Assembly (NCBI GenBank): GCA_000960865.2
Contig: JZWU02000002.1
Location: forward strand, 1 to 64,000
Reading direction: 5' to 3'
DNA: 64,000 bases
Origin: Vulcanisaeta sp. AZ3
Lineage (GTDB): Archaea; Thermoproteota; Thermoprotei; Thermoproteales; Thermocladiaceae
Part shown: positions 18,898 through 30,010 of the stretch, piece after piece
How positions within the stretch are numbered: position 1 is the first letter of the stretch
How the letters are laid out: each line of letters opens with the position of its first letter
The notes under the pieces: model-generated
What the model saw: only the letters and a program-made list of their open reading frames with translations
Databases searched by the model: none
Told to the model about the DNA's origin: nothing
Program-made: the position numbers and the translations under genes

Positions 18898-20589
18898 ATG
18901 TTGGAATTAACCTTTGGGCAGTATTATGTGTTGGCTGTGCTTATTCTTGCGATTATATTGCTTTTAACGCGAGTTGTTAGGCATGATATTGTGGGTGCCT
19001 TGGTTTTAATACTCCTCGTGTTGGGTGGGGTGTTGAGTCTTGGGAGGGCTTTGGAGTTTTTTGTGTCTTCTACGGTGGTGGTGCTTGGTAGCTTGTTGTT
19101 AATTAGTAGGACCCTTGAGGAGTCGGGGTTTTTGGACAGGCTTGCTGAGGATTTGAGTAGGTTGATTAGGAATGAGTATGTGCTTCTGGTCATTGTTTTA
19201 TTCATGGTGGCGTTGACCTCGGGTTTTATGAGCGATGTGGCTCTTGTTGCCATATTTATGCCATTTATGTATGCATTATCTAGTATACATAAGAGGAGAT
19301 TGTCTAAGTATTTAATGCCTCTTTCGTATGCTGCAATACTTGGCGGTAGGTATACGATTTTTGGGACGAGTACGAATTTAATAGTTAATCAGTTTTGGTA
19401 TGAAAGTTTCCATAGGTATTTATCCGTGTTTCAATTTCTGTGGGTGGGTCTTGCTATACTCTTTGTTGGGTTGCCGGTGCTTCTGTTAATATACGTGTTG
19501 TTACCAAGTAGGGAGAATGTGGTTAAGTCAATAGATGATTTGAAGATTGGTGAGTATGTGATTGAGGCTAAGGTTAATGAGGGTTGTGAGTGGGTTGGTA
19601 GGCGTAGGCGTGATGTTGAGAGGGAGTATGGTGTTAAGATAGTTACTGTATTGCCCAGAAGGTTTCTTAGGTCGGGTGTTATTAATGAGGGATCTACGTT
19701 ATTAATGAGGGTTCCTACGGATAAGTTGCCTGTTATATCTTCAATTAAGGGTTTGTCATTGGCGTCTATGGAGCAGGTTGAGGGTGGGGAGGTTATTGAG
19801 GCTCTTGTGACTAGTAGTTCGTCTCTTGTTAATAATACGATAGCTAATGCTGATGTTCTTAATAGGTATGGTGTTAGGATTGTTGGGATATCCACAGGTG
19901 GTAGGAGAATTTACGGTGCAATAGAACATACGTCACTGAGGCCTGGTGATGCATTGTTGTTACTTGGTGAGGAGGGGGATGTGACTAGGCTTATGAGGGA
20001 CTTTGGGTTGATGCCTTTGAGGACTACGGGGGTTAGGCTTTTTAATGTTAGGAAGGGTGTTGTGTCTATTGCTGTTTTGGTTGGGGCTACTGTGGCGTCA
20101 TTGCTTGGTGTGGATATTTCATTGGCTTTCTTGATTGCTGCTGTGTTGCTTGTGCTTACGGGTGCTATTAATTATAGGAGGGTTTATCAGTATGTTGATT
20201 GGTCTGTGCTTGTGTTCATAGCCTCATTCTTATCCTTAGGTTATGCTATGAGTGTTAGTGGTTTGTCTGATGTGATTTCTCATGTGTTGCCAGCCTCGCC
20301 AGTATTATTATTCCTAATAACGGTTTTGATTGCGAACTTCGTTAATAATGTTTCGGCGGCTGCCATAATGACTCCAATAGCGTTAACGTACCCGAATCCG
20401 CTTGCTGCGGTTACTGTGGTGGCTATGGCATCCTCAACCACCTTCCTAACACCTTTTAGTCATCCAGCAAACCTACTTATTTATAGTCCAGGGGGCTATA
20501 GGGTGAGGGATTATTTAGTTATGGGTGCCCTAATTGTGCTTACGGTATTTATAGTAACTATGGTGTTCACGGGCTCACTGAAGATATGA
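18898..20589 (+). CDS. SLC13/CitM-type permease with TrkA-C domains
   Basis: TM blocks flanking two TrkA-C repeats; FGTSTN, LTPFSHPAN, GGYRVRDY. Confidence 0.88.
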   Translation: MLELTFGQYYVLAVLILAIILLLTRVVRHDIVGALVLILLVLGGVLSLGRALEFFVSSTVVVLGSLLLISRTLEESGFLDRLAEDLSRLIRNEYVLLVIVLFMVALTSGFMSDVALVAIFMPFMYALSSIHKRRLSKYLMPLSYAAILGGRYTIFGTSTNLIVNQFWYESFHRYLSVFQFLWVGLAILFVGLPVLLLIYVLLPSRENVVKSIDDLKIGEYVIEAKVNEGCEWVGRRRRDVEREYGVKIVTVLPRRFLRSGVINEGSTLLMRVPTDKLPVISSIKGLSLASMEQVEGGEVIEALVTSSSSLVNNTIANADVLNRYGVRIVGISTGGRRIYGAIEHTSLRPGDALLLLGEEGDVTRLMRDFGLMPLRTTGVRLFNVRKGVVSIAVLVGATVASLLGVDISLAFLIAAVLLVLTGAINYRRVYQYVDWSVLVFIASFLSLGYAMSVSGLSDVISHVLPASPVLLFLITVLIANFVNNVSAAAIMTPIALTYPNPLAAVTVVAMASSTTFLTPFSHPANLLIYSPGGYRVRDYLVMGALIVLTVFIVTMVFTGSLKI

Positions 20590-20705
20590 TAGATGAAGAG
20601 AGTTCATACTCTTATTTCCTTACCTCTCCTTACTCATTCCTCTACTAGCTAAGATAATGTGGGCATAAGGTTTAAAAATGAGTATCTGATTCGATATCGA
20701 TAAAT

Positions 20706-21380
20706 ATGAAAGTAATAGTTGCGCCGGGGCCTGTCTCATACCCATTAATAATGGCTACTAGGGTGATTAGGGATTTGGAGCTTGTTTTTGGTAAGGAGGG
20801 TAAGGATGCCTATGCTGTGGCTGATTCCCTTGTATCTCTGGCAAGGAGGGGTCTTAGGCCGAGTGTGGTGACTGTTAGGAGGTTATTAGTAATATACCCG
20901 GAGCTTAGGGGTCCGAATGTTGGTGTTTGGCGTAGGGGTAGTGCGGCTGATGTGTTGATTAGGGCGTATGCGGATAGACTTGGGTTTGGTGGGTTGAATT
21001 TTGTGTATGCTGATGATTGGTATTCATTAAATGATATGTTTAGGTCTGGGCAGGTTCAAAGTGTGGTTCTCAATAAGGCTCTTGTGGATGGTGGCTTGTC
21101 TCTTGAGGATGCCTTAGATTTACCGGGTGCCTGTGGTATATATGTAAATGGTGATTTGCAATACATAATCGATGCGTATGAGGCGGGTATTGAGTTGGTT
21201 AGGGAGGATCCGGAGGGATCTGCTGAGTATATTGCTAGTAAGTTGCCGATTAGGATTCCAAGGGAGTTTATTGTGAATGTACTTAGGAGGGTTGAGTATG
21301 GAATATTTAAACCGAGTATAGATAGTGTGGATAGGTTAATAAGTATTGTTAATAGGTATGGCGTCACCGGGTATGAGTAG
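20706..21380 (+). CDS. DUF3834-like substrate-binding-fold protein
   Basis: APGPVSYPLI, WRRGSAAD, PGACG; crenarchaeal family recognised from memory. Confidence 0.65.
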   Translation: MKVIVAPGPVSYPLIMATRVIRDLELVFGKEGKDAYAVADSLVSLARRGLRPSVVTVRRLLVIYPELRGPNVGVWRRGSAADVLIRAYADRLGFGGLNFVYADDWYSLNDMFRSGQVQSVVLNKALVDGGLSLEDALDLPGACGIYVNGDLQYIIDAYEAGIELVREDPEGSAEYIASKLPIRIPREFIVNVLRRVEYGIFKPSIDSVDRLISIVNRYGVTGYE

Positions 21381-22545
21381 GGGGCAGTTTTATGCTGGTT
21401 TGCTTCAGGCCTTGTTGGTGATTGTGCCTCTTACTATTGCTATTAGGGCTTCTAATAATATGTTATTAACGACTATACCTCTCTTGGCTAGGTATGATTT
21501 TCACTTCACGAATGCTCTTATAGGTGTAATTTCGGCTTTAACGTCGTTTGTGACATTCATAAGTAGTGGTATAATTAATGCGAGGCTTAGTAGTGAATTG
21601 AGGAGGGTTGCATTTATAGTTTCGTCCGTGGTCTACGCAGGTGTGTTTCCGCTTTTTGCGTTTTCTAGTGCGTTGACGATTTGGTTGTTGTCGGCCGTGG
21701 CTGGTTTTGTGCTTGGGTTTTTGATGCCTAATGTGATAACGTCGGCTAGTTTATTGCCGAGTAGGACTGATAGGGAGAGGCTTTTGAATATTTATACTTT
21801 GTCCTTGAGTACGGCGTTGGTTGTGGGGCCTGCGATAGAGTCCTTGATACTTAAGTACTTTAGTCTTAGGGAGTCCTTCATTTTCTTCACCATATTCCCA
21901 ATAGTAAGTGTAGTAACGGCGTTTATGTTGAAGTTTCCAGAGGAGCGGGGTAATCGTAATGGCATTGATTTTGGTGTGGTTGTTCATAATCCTGGCTTTA
22001 TAACTGCTGTTCTTAATATAGCGACGTATAACATAGTCTTCTCCTTCTTAATGGCGTTTGGTGGTATTTATGCTAGGGAGGCCTTTGGTATGGATTATTC
22101 TGAGATTGAGATTTTATTCTCTGTATTCTTTGTGGCCTCCTTCCTCGGTAGGTTGTATTTGTCGATTAGGCCTGCGGTGAGGCTTTGGCCTTATATGGCG
22201 TTGGCTGTTATGATGACTGTTACGGGCGTACTCGTGATAGCCCTCACTAATAATCCGTTGGTATATGCTGCGGCTTTGCTTGTGTTGGGTGTTCCGCATG
22301 GTACTACGTACCCGTTGTCCGTGGTCTCCATATCTAGGTCTTTTAAGCCTGAGGAGAGGAATGCTGCGAATAGTATATTCTTCTCCTTCATGATGCTTAT
22401 AGGTATAGTGACGCCTACGGTGACTGGTTATTTGGCTGATTTAATTGGTATTAGGAATACGTTTATTGTCTTGGCGCCGCCGATCATTCTAATCCTACTC
22501 CTAATGCGTAGGTATGTGGTTGCAGTCGATAGGCCGAGGGATTAA
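21373..22545 (+). CDS. MFS transporter
   Basis: About 12 TM segments; GYLADLIG motif. Confidence 0.85.
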   Translation: MSRGQFYAGLLQALLVIVPLTIAIRASNNMLLTTIPLLARYDFHFTNALIGVISALTSFVTFISSGIINARLSSELRRVAFIVSSVVYAGVFPLFAFSSALTIWLLSAVAGFVLGFLMPNVITSASLLPSRTDRERLLNIYTLSLSTALVVGPAIESLILKYFSLRESFIFFTIFPIVSVVTAFMLKFPEERGNRNGIDFGVVVHNPGFITAVLNIATYNIVFSFLMAFGGIYAREAFGMDYSEIEILFSVFFVASFLGRLYLSIRPAVRLWPYMALAVMMTVTGVLVIALTNNPLVYAAALLVLGVPHGTTYPLSVVSISRSFKPEERNAANSIFFSFMMLIGIVTPTVTGYLADLIGIRNTFIVLAPPIILILLLMRRYVVAVDRPRD

Positions 22546-22572
22546 TAATTATCTTTACATCAGTGATTCTTT

Positions 22573-23271
22573 GTGTCAATGCTTGGTTATGTGGTTAGGA
22601 GGCCTGATGTTGTTGGTGTGTTTGTGAGGAGGTTGAATAGGTTTGTGGGTGTTGCTGTTATTAATGGTGAGGAGGTTATGGTTCATATTCATGACCCGGG
22701 TAGGTTGCAGGAATTATTGAGGCCTGGTGTTAGGATTTATGCCTATGAGAAGAGTGGTGGTAAGACTAGGTATTACTTAGTGGCTGTGGATTTAGGTGAT
22801 GAACTTGTGCTTGTGAATTCGGCGATACATAATGACATCGCGTCCTGGCTTATTAGTAATGGTTTTGTCTTGAGGGATTATCGAGTGGTTAGGAGGGAGC
22901 CTGTGTTTGGTTCGGGTAGGTTTGATTTATTGTTAAGGTCGCCAATGGGTATGGATGCCTTTGTTGAGGTTAAGGGTGTTACATTGGAGGTGAATGGTAT
23001 TGCCGAGTTCCCTGACGCTCCTACGCAACGTGGTGCCCGTCACATGATGGAGTTGGCGAGGGCTGTGGGGCTTGGTTATGAGGCTTATGTGTTATTTCTC
23101 GTGCTTAGGTCGAGGGCTTTTGTGTTTAGGCCTAATGAGGCGCTTGATTCTAGGTTTGCTGAGGCGTTTAGGTTTGCGATGAGCCATGGTGTGAATGCAG
23201 TGGCTTATAAGTTAGTCTTGGGTCGGGATTGGGTGTTGAGGCCTGTGGGGCCCTTGAGGGTTGAGTTTTAG
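22573..23271 (+). CDS. sfsA: SfsA-family DNA/RNA nuclease
   Basis: [38 protein letters not shown]. Confidence 0.92.
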   Translation: MSMLGYVVRRPDVVGVFVRRLNRFVGVAVINGEEVMVHIHDPGRLQELLRPGVRIYAYEKSGGKTRYYLVAVDLGDELVLVNSAIHNDIASWLISNGFVLRDYRVVRREPVFGSGRFDLLLRSPMGMDAFVEVKGVTLEVNGIAEFPDAPTQRGARHMMELARAVGLGYEAYVLFLVLRSRAFVFRPNEALDSRFAEAFRFAMSHGVNAVAYKLVLGRDWVLRPVGPLRVEF

Positions 23272-24609
23272 TTATTTAGCTTCGGGGGTGAGTATGTAGG
23301 TGTTTACGTTGGTTCTTGGAGATAATTCGTTGGAGATTGGTGTTAGCATTAATCTCTTAACCTCATTCATATCTCTTGTTTGTGCTAAGACCCATGATAA
23401 CTTAACAAATGCTACCTCTGGTATCATGTCTTCGGCTGGTATTACGCCTAGCGTTAGTAATTCTACGCCTCTTCTGTATACGTTTAGGTTTACTCTTCCG
23501 AATATTGTTTGACTCGTTATAACTATGGGTATGCCATTCTCGATGGCTCTCCTTATTGGATCGAGTAGGGGTTCTCTAACGTGGCCGAACCCTGTGCCTT
23601 CAATGACGATTCCGTGGTATCCCTTATCAATTAGGTGGTGAAGTATTTCTGGGTCCATGCCTGGGTAGAATTTGATTAGTGCGACTTTATCGTCGAATTT
23701 ATTCATGAGTATTGTATCCTCAGCCTTGGACTTGACTTGGTAATTGTTTGTATTGAGTTTGATCTCGAGTTTGTTAATGTCTACGTAGGCCACGGGCTCA
23801 TCATTAATACTTATGAACGCGTCTCTCCTTGAGGTGTGCATTTTCCTAACCCTGGTACCCCTATGCACTGCTATTAAGCCATCATTGGTTGAGGCATGCA
23901 TAATCACGAAGGAGCCTGCAAAGGGGGCGCGGGCGCCCACAAGCACAGCTGCAAGCATATTCTCAAAGGCATCGCTGGATGGCCTATCACTACTCCTCTG
24001 GGAGCCGACCAGTGCGATGGGGCCTGCTGGATTTCTAATGGCAAATGAGAGAGCCGCTGCTGTGTAGTGCATTGTGTCTGTTCCGTGGAGTATAACCACG
24101 CCGGACACGCCTTCCATGAAGGCCTTGTATGTGGCTTCTGCGATTTGGCTCCATCCCTGTGGTGTCATGTCCTCGCTGAAAATTGCCATTAGGTTTAGTA
24201 GCTCCACGTCCGCGATGCTCCTAATCTCTGGGTACATGGCGTATAGGTCCTCGAGGCTGAAGCTTGGGTAGACGGCGCCTGTCCTATAATCGACCTTAGA
24301 CATTATTGTGCCGCCGGTTGCCACTAGTCTAACCCTGGGTAATCCCGTGCTTTCAGCCTTTATGAAATGGCCAATGGGTATTGATGTAACGCCCTTGGAT
24401 TCAATGTGTCTCATTATTTCAACTCTATCGATATTGCTTACGTGAATACCTACGTTATAGCCATTATCGAGCTTGAGAACCATTATGTTAGGATCACCAA
24501 CACCTGGTTTTGGCAGGACAATGCCTCTTAGTGTTGTGCCGTCCTTTAGGTGAATATTAATGTCGTCAAACTCCCTAATCCCGTGCTTGTCAAGGAATTC
24601 ATTAAGCAC
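23272..24609 (-). CDS. gatD: Glu-tRNA(Gln) amidotransferase subunit D
   Basis: KLDNGYNVG, ATGGTI.SKVDY.TG, HGTDT, QRSSDRPSSD. Confidence 0.96.
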   Translation of the reverse strand: MLNEFLDKHGIREFDDINIHLKDGTTLRGIVLPKPGVGDPNIMVLKLDNGYNVGIHVSNIDRVEIMRHIESKGVTSIPIGHFIKAESTGLPRVRLVATGGTIMSKVDYRTGAVYPSFSLEDLYAMYPEIRSIADVELLNLMAIFSEDMTPQGWSQIAEATYKAFMEGVSGVVILHGTDTMHYTAAALSFAIRNPAGPIALVGSQRSSDRPSSDAFENMLAAVLVGARAPFAGSFVIMHASTNDGLIAVHRGTRVRKMHTSRRDAFISINDEPVAYVDINKLEIKLNTNNYQVKSKAEDTILMNKFDDKVALIKFYPGMDPEILHHLIDKGYHGIVIEGTGFGHVREPLLDPIRRAIENGIPIVITSQTIFGRVNLNVYRRGVELLTLGVIPAEDMIPEVAFVKLSWVLAQTRDMNEVKRLMLTPISNELSPRTNVNTYILTPEAK

Positions 24610-24641
24610 GGTATTCCTATCATGGCAATTGGTTAATAATT

Positions 24642-24980
24642 TTACTCATTTGGTGCTAGGTCTAGTAGCATGTTTATGACCTTGTTGTCGCGCTCTGTTG
24701 AGTGTCTGGTGATTATTATGTACTTGAGTTTGGATAGGGCGTAATCGCTGAGTAGGCCGAAGCCGTTACGTGAGATGCATAGGACTTTTTTACCACTGGC
24801 TAGGGCGTAATCAACCTCTGTCTGATCGCCCACATTTCTCAGTATTATTACATTTACGCCATCTTGTTCGACCACGAGTTCATCATCCTTAACAAGTAGT
24901 AGTGCGCATTCGCCAGGTTTTAGGTCTATTAATACTTTGTCTAGGTCGTTGTAATCGTTTATTCTGACGATCCTAACCAT
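24642..24980 (-). CDS. Hypothetical protein
   Basis: ORF upstream of and co-oriented with gatD. Confidence 0.55.
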   Translation of the reverse strand: MVRIVRINDYNDLDKVLIDLKPGECALLLVKDDELVVEQDGVNVIILRNVGDQTEVDYALASGKKVLCISRNGFGLLSDYALSKLKYIIITRHSTERDNKVINMLLDLAPNE

Positions 24981-25080
24981 ACCGAGACTTATGTACGGAC
25001 TAAGCATTTAGTACCCATACTCAAAATAACTAGTAAGCCTAATAACCCACTGATGGCCTTAAAAGGAAACATGATGAGTA

Positions 25081-25536
25081 ATGACCTCAACACTTTGTAA
25101 AGTGCCTGTGAGGTATGAGTATGGTGAGCACACGGCGGATATTTCCGTGATAGCCTATGGATGTACTCTAGAGGAGGCATTTGTGAATGCAGCTTTGGGT
25201 GTTGCGAACTTGACGTATTATACAGATAGGGTTGAGCCTAGGGAGTATGTGGAGGTTAGGGTTAGTGGTGATGATTTAGAGCAACTTCTTTTTAATTGGA
25301 TAGATGAGTATATATTTTTGTTTGACGGTAGGAAATTTGCCTATGGGGATTATTTTAAGGATATTGCGTTAGAAGGGAGTGGGCCTTATAGTATTAGGGC
25401 TTTGGTTGGTGGTGAGCATTTCGATATTAATAAGCATGGTTATAGGGGCTTGATTGTTAAGGCTATGACTTACAATATGATGGAGATAAGGAAAATTAAT
25501 GATTATTGGAGGCTCGTATTTGTGGTGGATATATAA
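25081..25536 (+). CDS. Archease
   Basis: EHTADI, YG.TLEEAF.NA, VKAMTY, C-terminal VDI. Confidence 0.93.
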   Translation: MTSTLCKVPVRYEYGEHTADISVIAYGCTLEEAFVNAALGVANLTYYTDRVEPREYVEVRVSGDDLEQLLFNWIDEYIFLFDGRKFAYGDYFKDIALEGSGPYSIRALVGGEHFDINKHGYRGLIVKAMTYNMMEIRKINDYWRLVFVVDI

Positions 25537-25580
25537 TAAGGTTAATTTTAAATTTTTATACGGTGATTATTACTTCAAAT

Positions 25581-25808
25581 ATGAAGCGAGAGGTTAGTAT
25601 TGCTTTGATTATTATTGGTGTTGCTCTTCTTCTATTTGCATCTGTACTTGCATATTATGAGTTAATCCAGGGAGTGACTATACCACAGCCGCCAAGTCTT
25701 GAGAGTGTTTTGTATGTGCTTGCTGTGGTTACGTATAAGGTTGCGTTTATATCCGTAATAGCTTGGTCTGGTGCGTTATTGATTACTAGGGGGTTGCAGA
25801 ACTTATGA
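25581..25808 (+). CDS. Small two-TM membrane protein
   Basis: Two hydrophobic helices; start MKREV. Confidence 0.65.
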   Translation: MKREVSIALIIIGVALLLFASVLAYYELIQGVTIPQPPSLESVLYVLAVVTYKVAFISVIAWSGALLITRGLQNL

Positions 25809-26146
25809 GGGTTGTCATATTCCTGGCCTTATTGGCGTTGATTATAACTATCGTTGTCTTGGTGATGTCTGTATCTATGATTAATAGTTTCGGGAGTTAT
25901 GTTAGGGCTGGTGTTTACTCGATGGGTAATAGGTATTATTTATCGCTTAATGTGACTAATCCATTACCACTGCCAATAATATTGGCAATAGTCCAGGGGA
26001 ATGAGTCTATGCAGGTAGTGATACAGCCGTATGGGCATGGTAATGTGGATTTTCCGCTGGTGAGTTTAGAAATTCCTTTAAGGGTGATGATTGAGGTGCC
26101 TGGTGTCTTTAATGCCACGTATGTGGTGACTCTCAATGAGGGTTAG
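25805..26146 (+). CDS. Membrane-anchored protein with Ig/LEA-like 'NP.P.P' beta domain
   Basis: N-terminal TM helix, LNVTNPLPLPI; ATGA overlap with the previous gene. Confidence 0.6.
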   Translation: MRVVIFLALLALIITIVVLVMSVSMINSFGSYVRAGVYSMGNRYYLSLNVTNPLPLPIILAIVQGNESMQVVIQPYGHGNVDFPLVSLEIPLRVMIEVPGVFNATYVVTLNEG

Positions 26147-26537
26147 GGATAGGTTAATTAATGGTGCATTTAATGCGGTTACTGACCTTCTATTCCTAAT
26201 ACTAATGCTCATACTATATGCCTTACTAAGCTCATTCCTAATGCACACAACACCAAACATACTAGCGCTAATTCAAGAGTACATTGTGTTAATATTGGCT
26301 TTTGCGATCATAGCCTTCCTTAGGGGTGCTTTGGCGGGGCACGTGTTGGTTTACCCAGTGTTACTTGGGGAGTTTATGTTGGTGACTGCGATTTTTGTCT
26401 CTGTGCCAAGCACAATGATTGTTCATGGGGTTTTGGTGAATGTACAGCCAATAATTTATTTTGTATGGGCTATTGAGGCTGCGTGGATTGTGTACTCAGT
26501 AATCAATCAACTTAATGAAATGATTAAAGATCCCTAA
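26136..26537 (+). CDS. Four-TM membrane protein
   Basis: Hydrophobic 133-aa ORF overlapping the previous gene. Confidence 0.6.
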   Translation: MRVRDRLINGAFNAVTDLLFLILMLILYALLSSFLMHTTPNILALIQEYIVLILAFAIIAFLRGALAGHVLVYPVLLGEFMLVTAIFVSVPSTMIVHGVLVNVQPIIYFVWAIEAAWIVYSVINQLNEMIKDP

Positions 26538-26538
26538 C

Positions 26539-27794
26539 TCAACGTAGTGCCTCCTCAATCCTTAACGCCAAATCCTTAATCAACTTACTCATTAGGAATT
26601 GTGAAGCCCTTTCCCTGGCATTTCTACTCATTGCGTCTCTCTCCTCTGGGTGGTCGAGGAGTCTCTCCACAGCTTTGGCGGCGCCCTCAATATCGTCAAG
26701 TCCATTGACGTGTATTCCATCAATGCCATCCCTAATAACCCATTTCTGTCCGTAAATGGCTGATGTTATTACTGGAACGCCGCCGTACATGAACTCTAGT
26801 TGTGTTAGGCCTAGGGCTTCCATTTTACTCATTATTATGTTGACGTAGGATTCCTTAATCAATTTCTTCTTATCCTCAACACTTAACTCGTTTGTTAATG
26901 TGACGTTGCTTAACCCACGGGATTCCCTAACAACCTCATTCCATTGATCGCCTGGCTTGCCTGCAATTACGAAGTGAACATCGCGTCTATGCCTAAGTAT
27001 TTTAGCAACTTGAACAACAGCTAGTGGGTTTTTCTTTCTTCCACTGTACCTAGGTATGCAATGATTTTGTCATCATCTGGTATTCTATACTTAATTCTAA
27101 AGTCGCTCGAGTCAATTGCTCCCAGGTCGGAAACCTCATCATCGTCGATGCCTCCTGGAAATACGTATATCTGCTCAGGCCTAGCGCCCATCCTAACCAT
27201 CTCCTCACCCTCAATGGGTGTAACGCATAGGATTAAGTTGGCGGCCTTGAATATCTCGGGGAATGCCATGTGGTTCCAAGCAAGTCTATACGTCCTCTCC
27301 ACAACATCATACCTAGTTGGGTCTGGTGGCTGGTAATGACTCATATGTGCATAGAATATACTGCCGGACTCTAGACTAAAGGTTGTTAGCATTCTCCTCC
27401 ACATTACGTACTTAGCAGTGTCCTCGGGGCCGTTCCATAGTGTTGAGTGTGTTATTAAGGCATTGACGTTAAAGTTCTCGTTAATCCTCCTAAGTATGTC
27501 CACGAAATTCTTAAACATTATTCTCCTGGGAGGCCATTTGGCCATGTAACTATCAACCCTAATGGTGGGTAGGTTTATGGTTCTATCCTTTTCTTGAAAT
27601 ATGTAGCCCTCGAGTGATGTCTCTACAAGTCTTCTCTTAATGGCTTCATTACCATCATGATAAATGCTCGTTATTAAGTAAGCCTCATACCCAAGCCTAA
27701 GAAACCACTTAACCATCCTCTGGGCCACTAGTTCCTGCCCCTTGGAGTTACTTGTTTGATACATTATTACTCCAACAATCGGCTTAACCACCAC
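26539..27794 (-). CDS. Glycosyltransferase family 4, apparent 1-nt frameshift at 27029-27033 (about 418 aa when joined)
   Basis: Adding one A gives YLGTVEERKNPL...IAG...EALGLTQLEFMYGGVPVI, the GT-B C-terminal motifs. Confidence 0.85.
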
Positions 27795-28497
27795 TCCCAC
27801 CTTCCTTACCCTTTTGTTGCCGACCCCACTCCTGCTCAAGGAATCTCCTTAGGGGTTCTCTGAGGGGTACTGCGAGGACGAGGCCAATGGCTACGCCAAG
27901 CCCTATGGCGACTGCCCAGGCGAGTCCTTGGGCGAATATGTAGAGTATTTCTACGTTAACCTTCATTACGCTTAGGGCTATGGTTATCACCATGTAGTAA
28001 AGAATGAATCTAAAGGCATCGCCAACAAAGTTCAGTAGTGTTTGGGTGTATTGATCATTAGTTGGGTAACTGCGTTTGAAGTAGTCGCTTATCCAATCAA
28101 CCATTATTAAACCAATAATTAAAATTATAATACCAGACACGAGGTATGGTAGGTATGAGAGAACACTTCTTGATGTGTCGTAGAGAAATGATAGATTTGG
28201 ACTTATGTATGATAGTTCGAGGAGTGCGTAGAAAATGGCAGCTATGTAAATAATCCACTTAACAAAGAGGCCTAGGAAGTCACCTGCTGTATAACCGCTC
28301 CTCAGGAGTGCGCGGCCTACGGAGGTTTTCCTAAAGAAGGCATCTAGGCCTGTGGTGTAGGAGATCTTCTTTATGAGTATTTCCACTAGTCTGCCGATTA
28401 CATAACCGACAATGATTATTATGACCGCGGTTAATACAGTGTAGAATGTGCCTTGCGGGATGAAGCCTAATATTCCTGTTGTTTGATTTGTGCTCAT
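27784..28497 (-). CDS. CmpX/MscS-associated conserved TM-helix protein
   Basis: IIIVGYVIGR...YLPYLVSGIIILIIG...AIGLGVAIG repeated TM pattern. Confidence 0.7.
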   Translation of the reverse strand: MSTNQTTGILGFIPQGTFYTVLTAVIIIIVGYVIGRLVEILIKKISYTTGLDAFFRKTSVGRALLRSGYTAGDFLGLFVKWIIYIAAIFYALLELSYISPNLSFLYDTSRSVLSYLPYLVSGIIILIIGLIMVDWISDYFKRSYPTNDQYTQTLLNFVGDAFRFILYYMVITIALSVMKVNVEILYIFAQGLAWAVAIGLGVAIGLVLAVPLREPLRRFLEQEWGRQQKGKEGGSGG

Positions 28498-28582
28498 TTA
28501 TTAATTAATTATTCATTGTCCTTTTAAGGCTTCCATACGTATTAACAATATTACCGCTATTGAGGCTAATTTTAAGGGAAAA

Positions 28583-30010
28583 TCAAGCTTTCTCGCCAGC
28601 CATATATCCCGAGGCTTTCTTAATGGCCTTAATAATGTTGATGTAACCTGTGCATCTACAAATATTCTTTACACTAAGCCTTATGGTTTCATCATTAGCT
28701 GTGGGGTCAATATTCGTTAGGTAGTCGTAGGTGGTCATCATGAAACCATGCGTACAATAACCGCATTGCATAGCATACTCCTCGAGAAAAGCCCTCTGAA
28801 TGGGATGAAGCTCACTGCCCTTGCCTAAACCCTTCACCGTTGTTATGTAATGCCCTGATGCCCTAGCCACAGGTATCATACATGACTTAACAGCCCTGCC
28901 ATCCAGTAATACTGTGCATGCACCGCACTTACCCTCATCACAACCCCTCCTAACCTCCCTAAAACCATGCCTCCTAAGGAAGTCGAGGAGTAGGAGCCTA
29001 GGTTCGATGATGTCTTCAATCCACTGACCATTTACATTAATCCTAACCCTAACTAAGCCGCCAACGTACTCTAGCTTCTCCTCGGGGTTTCTCCACTCAA
29101 TTAAATTATCCCTAATGGGTAGCTTGGACCGTGTTATTCCCCTAGAGATGCTCATTAGTGCGTTTGTGAGTAGGTTTTTGGCAACCCTAACTTTATAATC
29201 GCTGGGTGCGTGGGTGTCCTCGAGGGGTGTTGCCTCTATTGATGTGAATATAGAATTAACAATCTCATTAACCTTATTCCCAACCTCCTTAACGCTCATG
29301 CCCGTGAGGTTATCCTTAATAAGCACGGGCTCTGGGTAAACAGCACCTATTGATATCCTGGAACTCCCTATAACGCCATCTTTCTCCTGGTAAGTAACCG
29401 CTACAATAACCGTCGGAAATGACGCCCCACCCCTCCTAAAGAATTGATAAACACCCTCATAACCACTGATCGGTATTCTAACCTCAGTTATTAATTCATT
29501 GGGGCCAAGGTCCACGGTGTACGGCCCCTTGTATAGATCAGATACCTTAACAATTCTCTCGGTACCAATACCCCTAATTACGACCTCCGCATCAAGGGCT
29601 ATTAAGGCTGGGTAATAGTTAGCAGCTGGGTCTGCATGGGCTAGACTGCCGCCTATTGTTCCTAGATTCCTAACTTGTATATCGGCTATGTGCCAGGCGG
29701 ATTCACTAAGTATGCTTGCATTCTCATTGATTAGCCTATTCATGGCAATATCATTATGCGTTACCAAGGCGCCAATCTTTAGATAATCGTCATCAACCTT
29801 AACATACCTTAATTCATTAATGCCAAGTATATCGATTAAATACTTAACCTCCGACATCCTGAGCTTAAGCATAGGCATTAAGCTCATACCGCCGGCCAAA
29901 ACCTTAGCCTCACCATACTCACTCAATAGCTTCAGGGCTTCATCAATGGTGGAAGCCCTAACGTAATTAAAGCCCCTTGGTATGCCTAGTGCATACGCCA
30001 TGCCCATCAC
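28583..30010 (-). CDS. Molybdo-flavoenzyme FAD subunit fused to a C-terminal [2Fe-2S] subunit (CoxM-CoxS-like)
   Basis: [24 protein letters not shown]; then [25 protein letters not shown]. Confidence 0.9.
   Translation of the reverse strand: MMGMAYALGIPRGFNYVRASTIDEALKLLSEYGEAKVLAGGMSLMPMLKLRMSEVKYLIDILGINELRYVKVDDDYLKIGALVTHNDIAMNRLINENASILSESAWHIADIQVRNLGTIGGSLAHADPAANYYPALIALDAEVVIRGIGTERIVKVSDLYKGPYTVDLGPNELITEVRIPISGYEGVYQFFRRGGASFPTVIVAVTYQEKDGVIGSSRISIGAVYPEPVLIKDNLTGMSVKEVGNKVNEIVNSIFTSIEATPLEDTHAPSDYKVRVAKNLLTNALMSISRGITRSKLPIRDNLIEWRNPEEKLEYVGGLVRVRINVNGQWIEDIIEPRLLLLDFLRRHGFREVRRGCDEGKCGACTVLLDGRAVKSCMIPVARASGHYITTVKGLGKGSELHPIQRAFLEEYAMQCGYCTHGFMMTTYDYLTNIDPTANDETIRLSVKNICRCTGYINIIKAIKKASGYMAGEKA

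Noticed and set aside
25581-26537. Ced/Ted DNA-import system
   Set aside because: No CedA-like polytopic protein or VirB4/HerA ATPase is adjacent.
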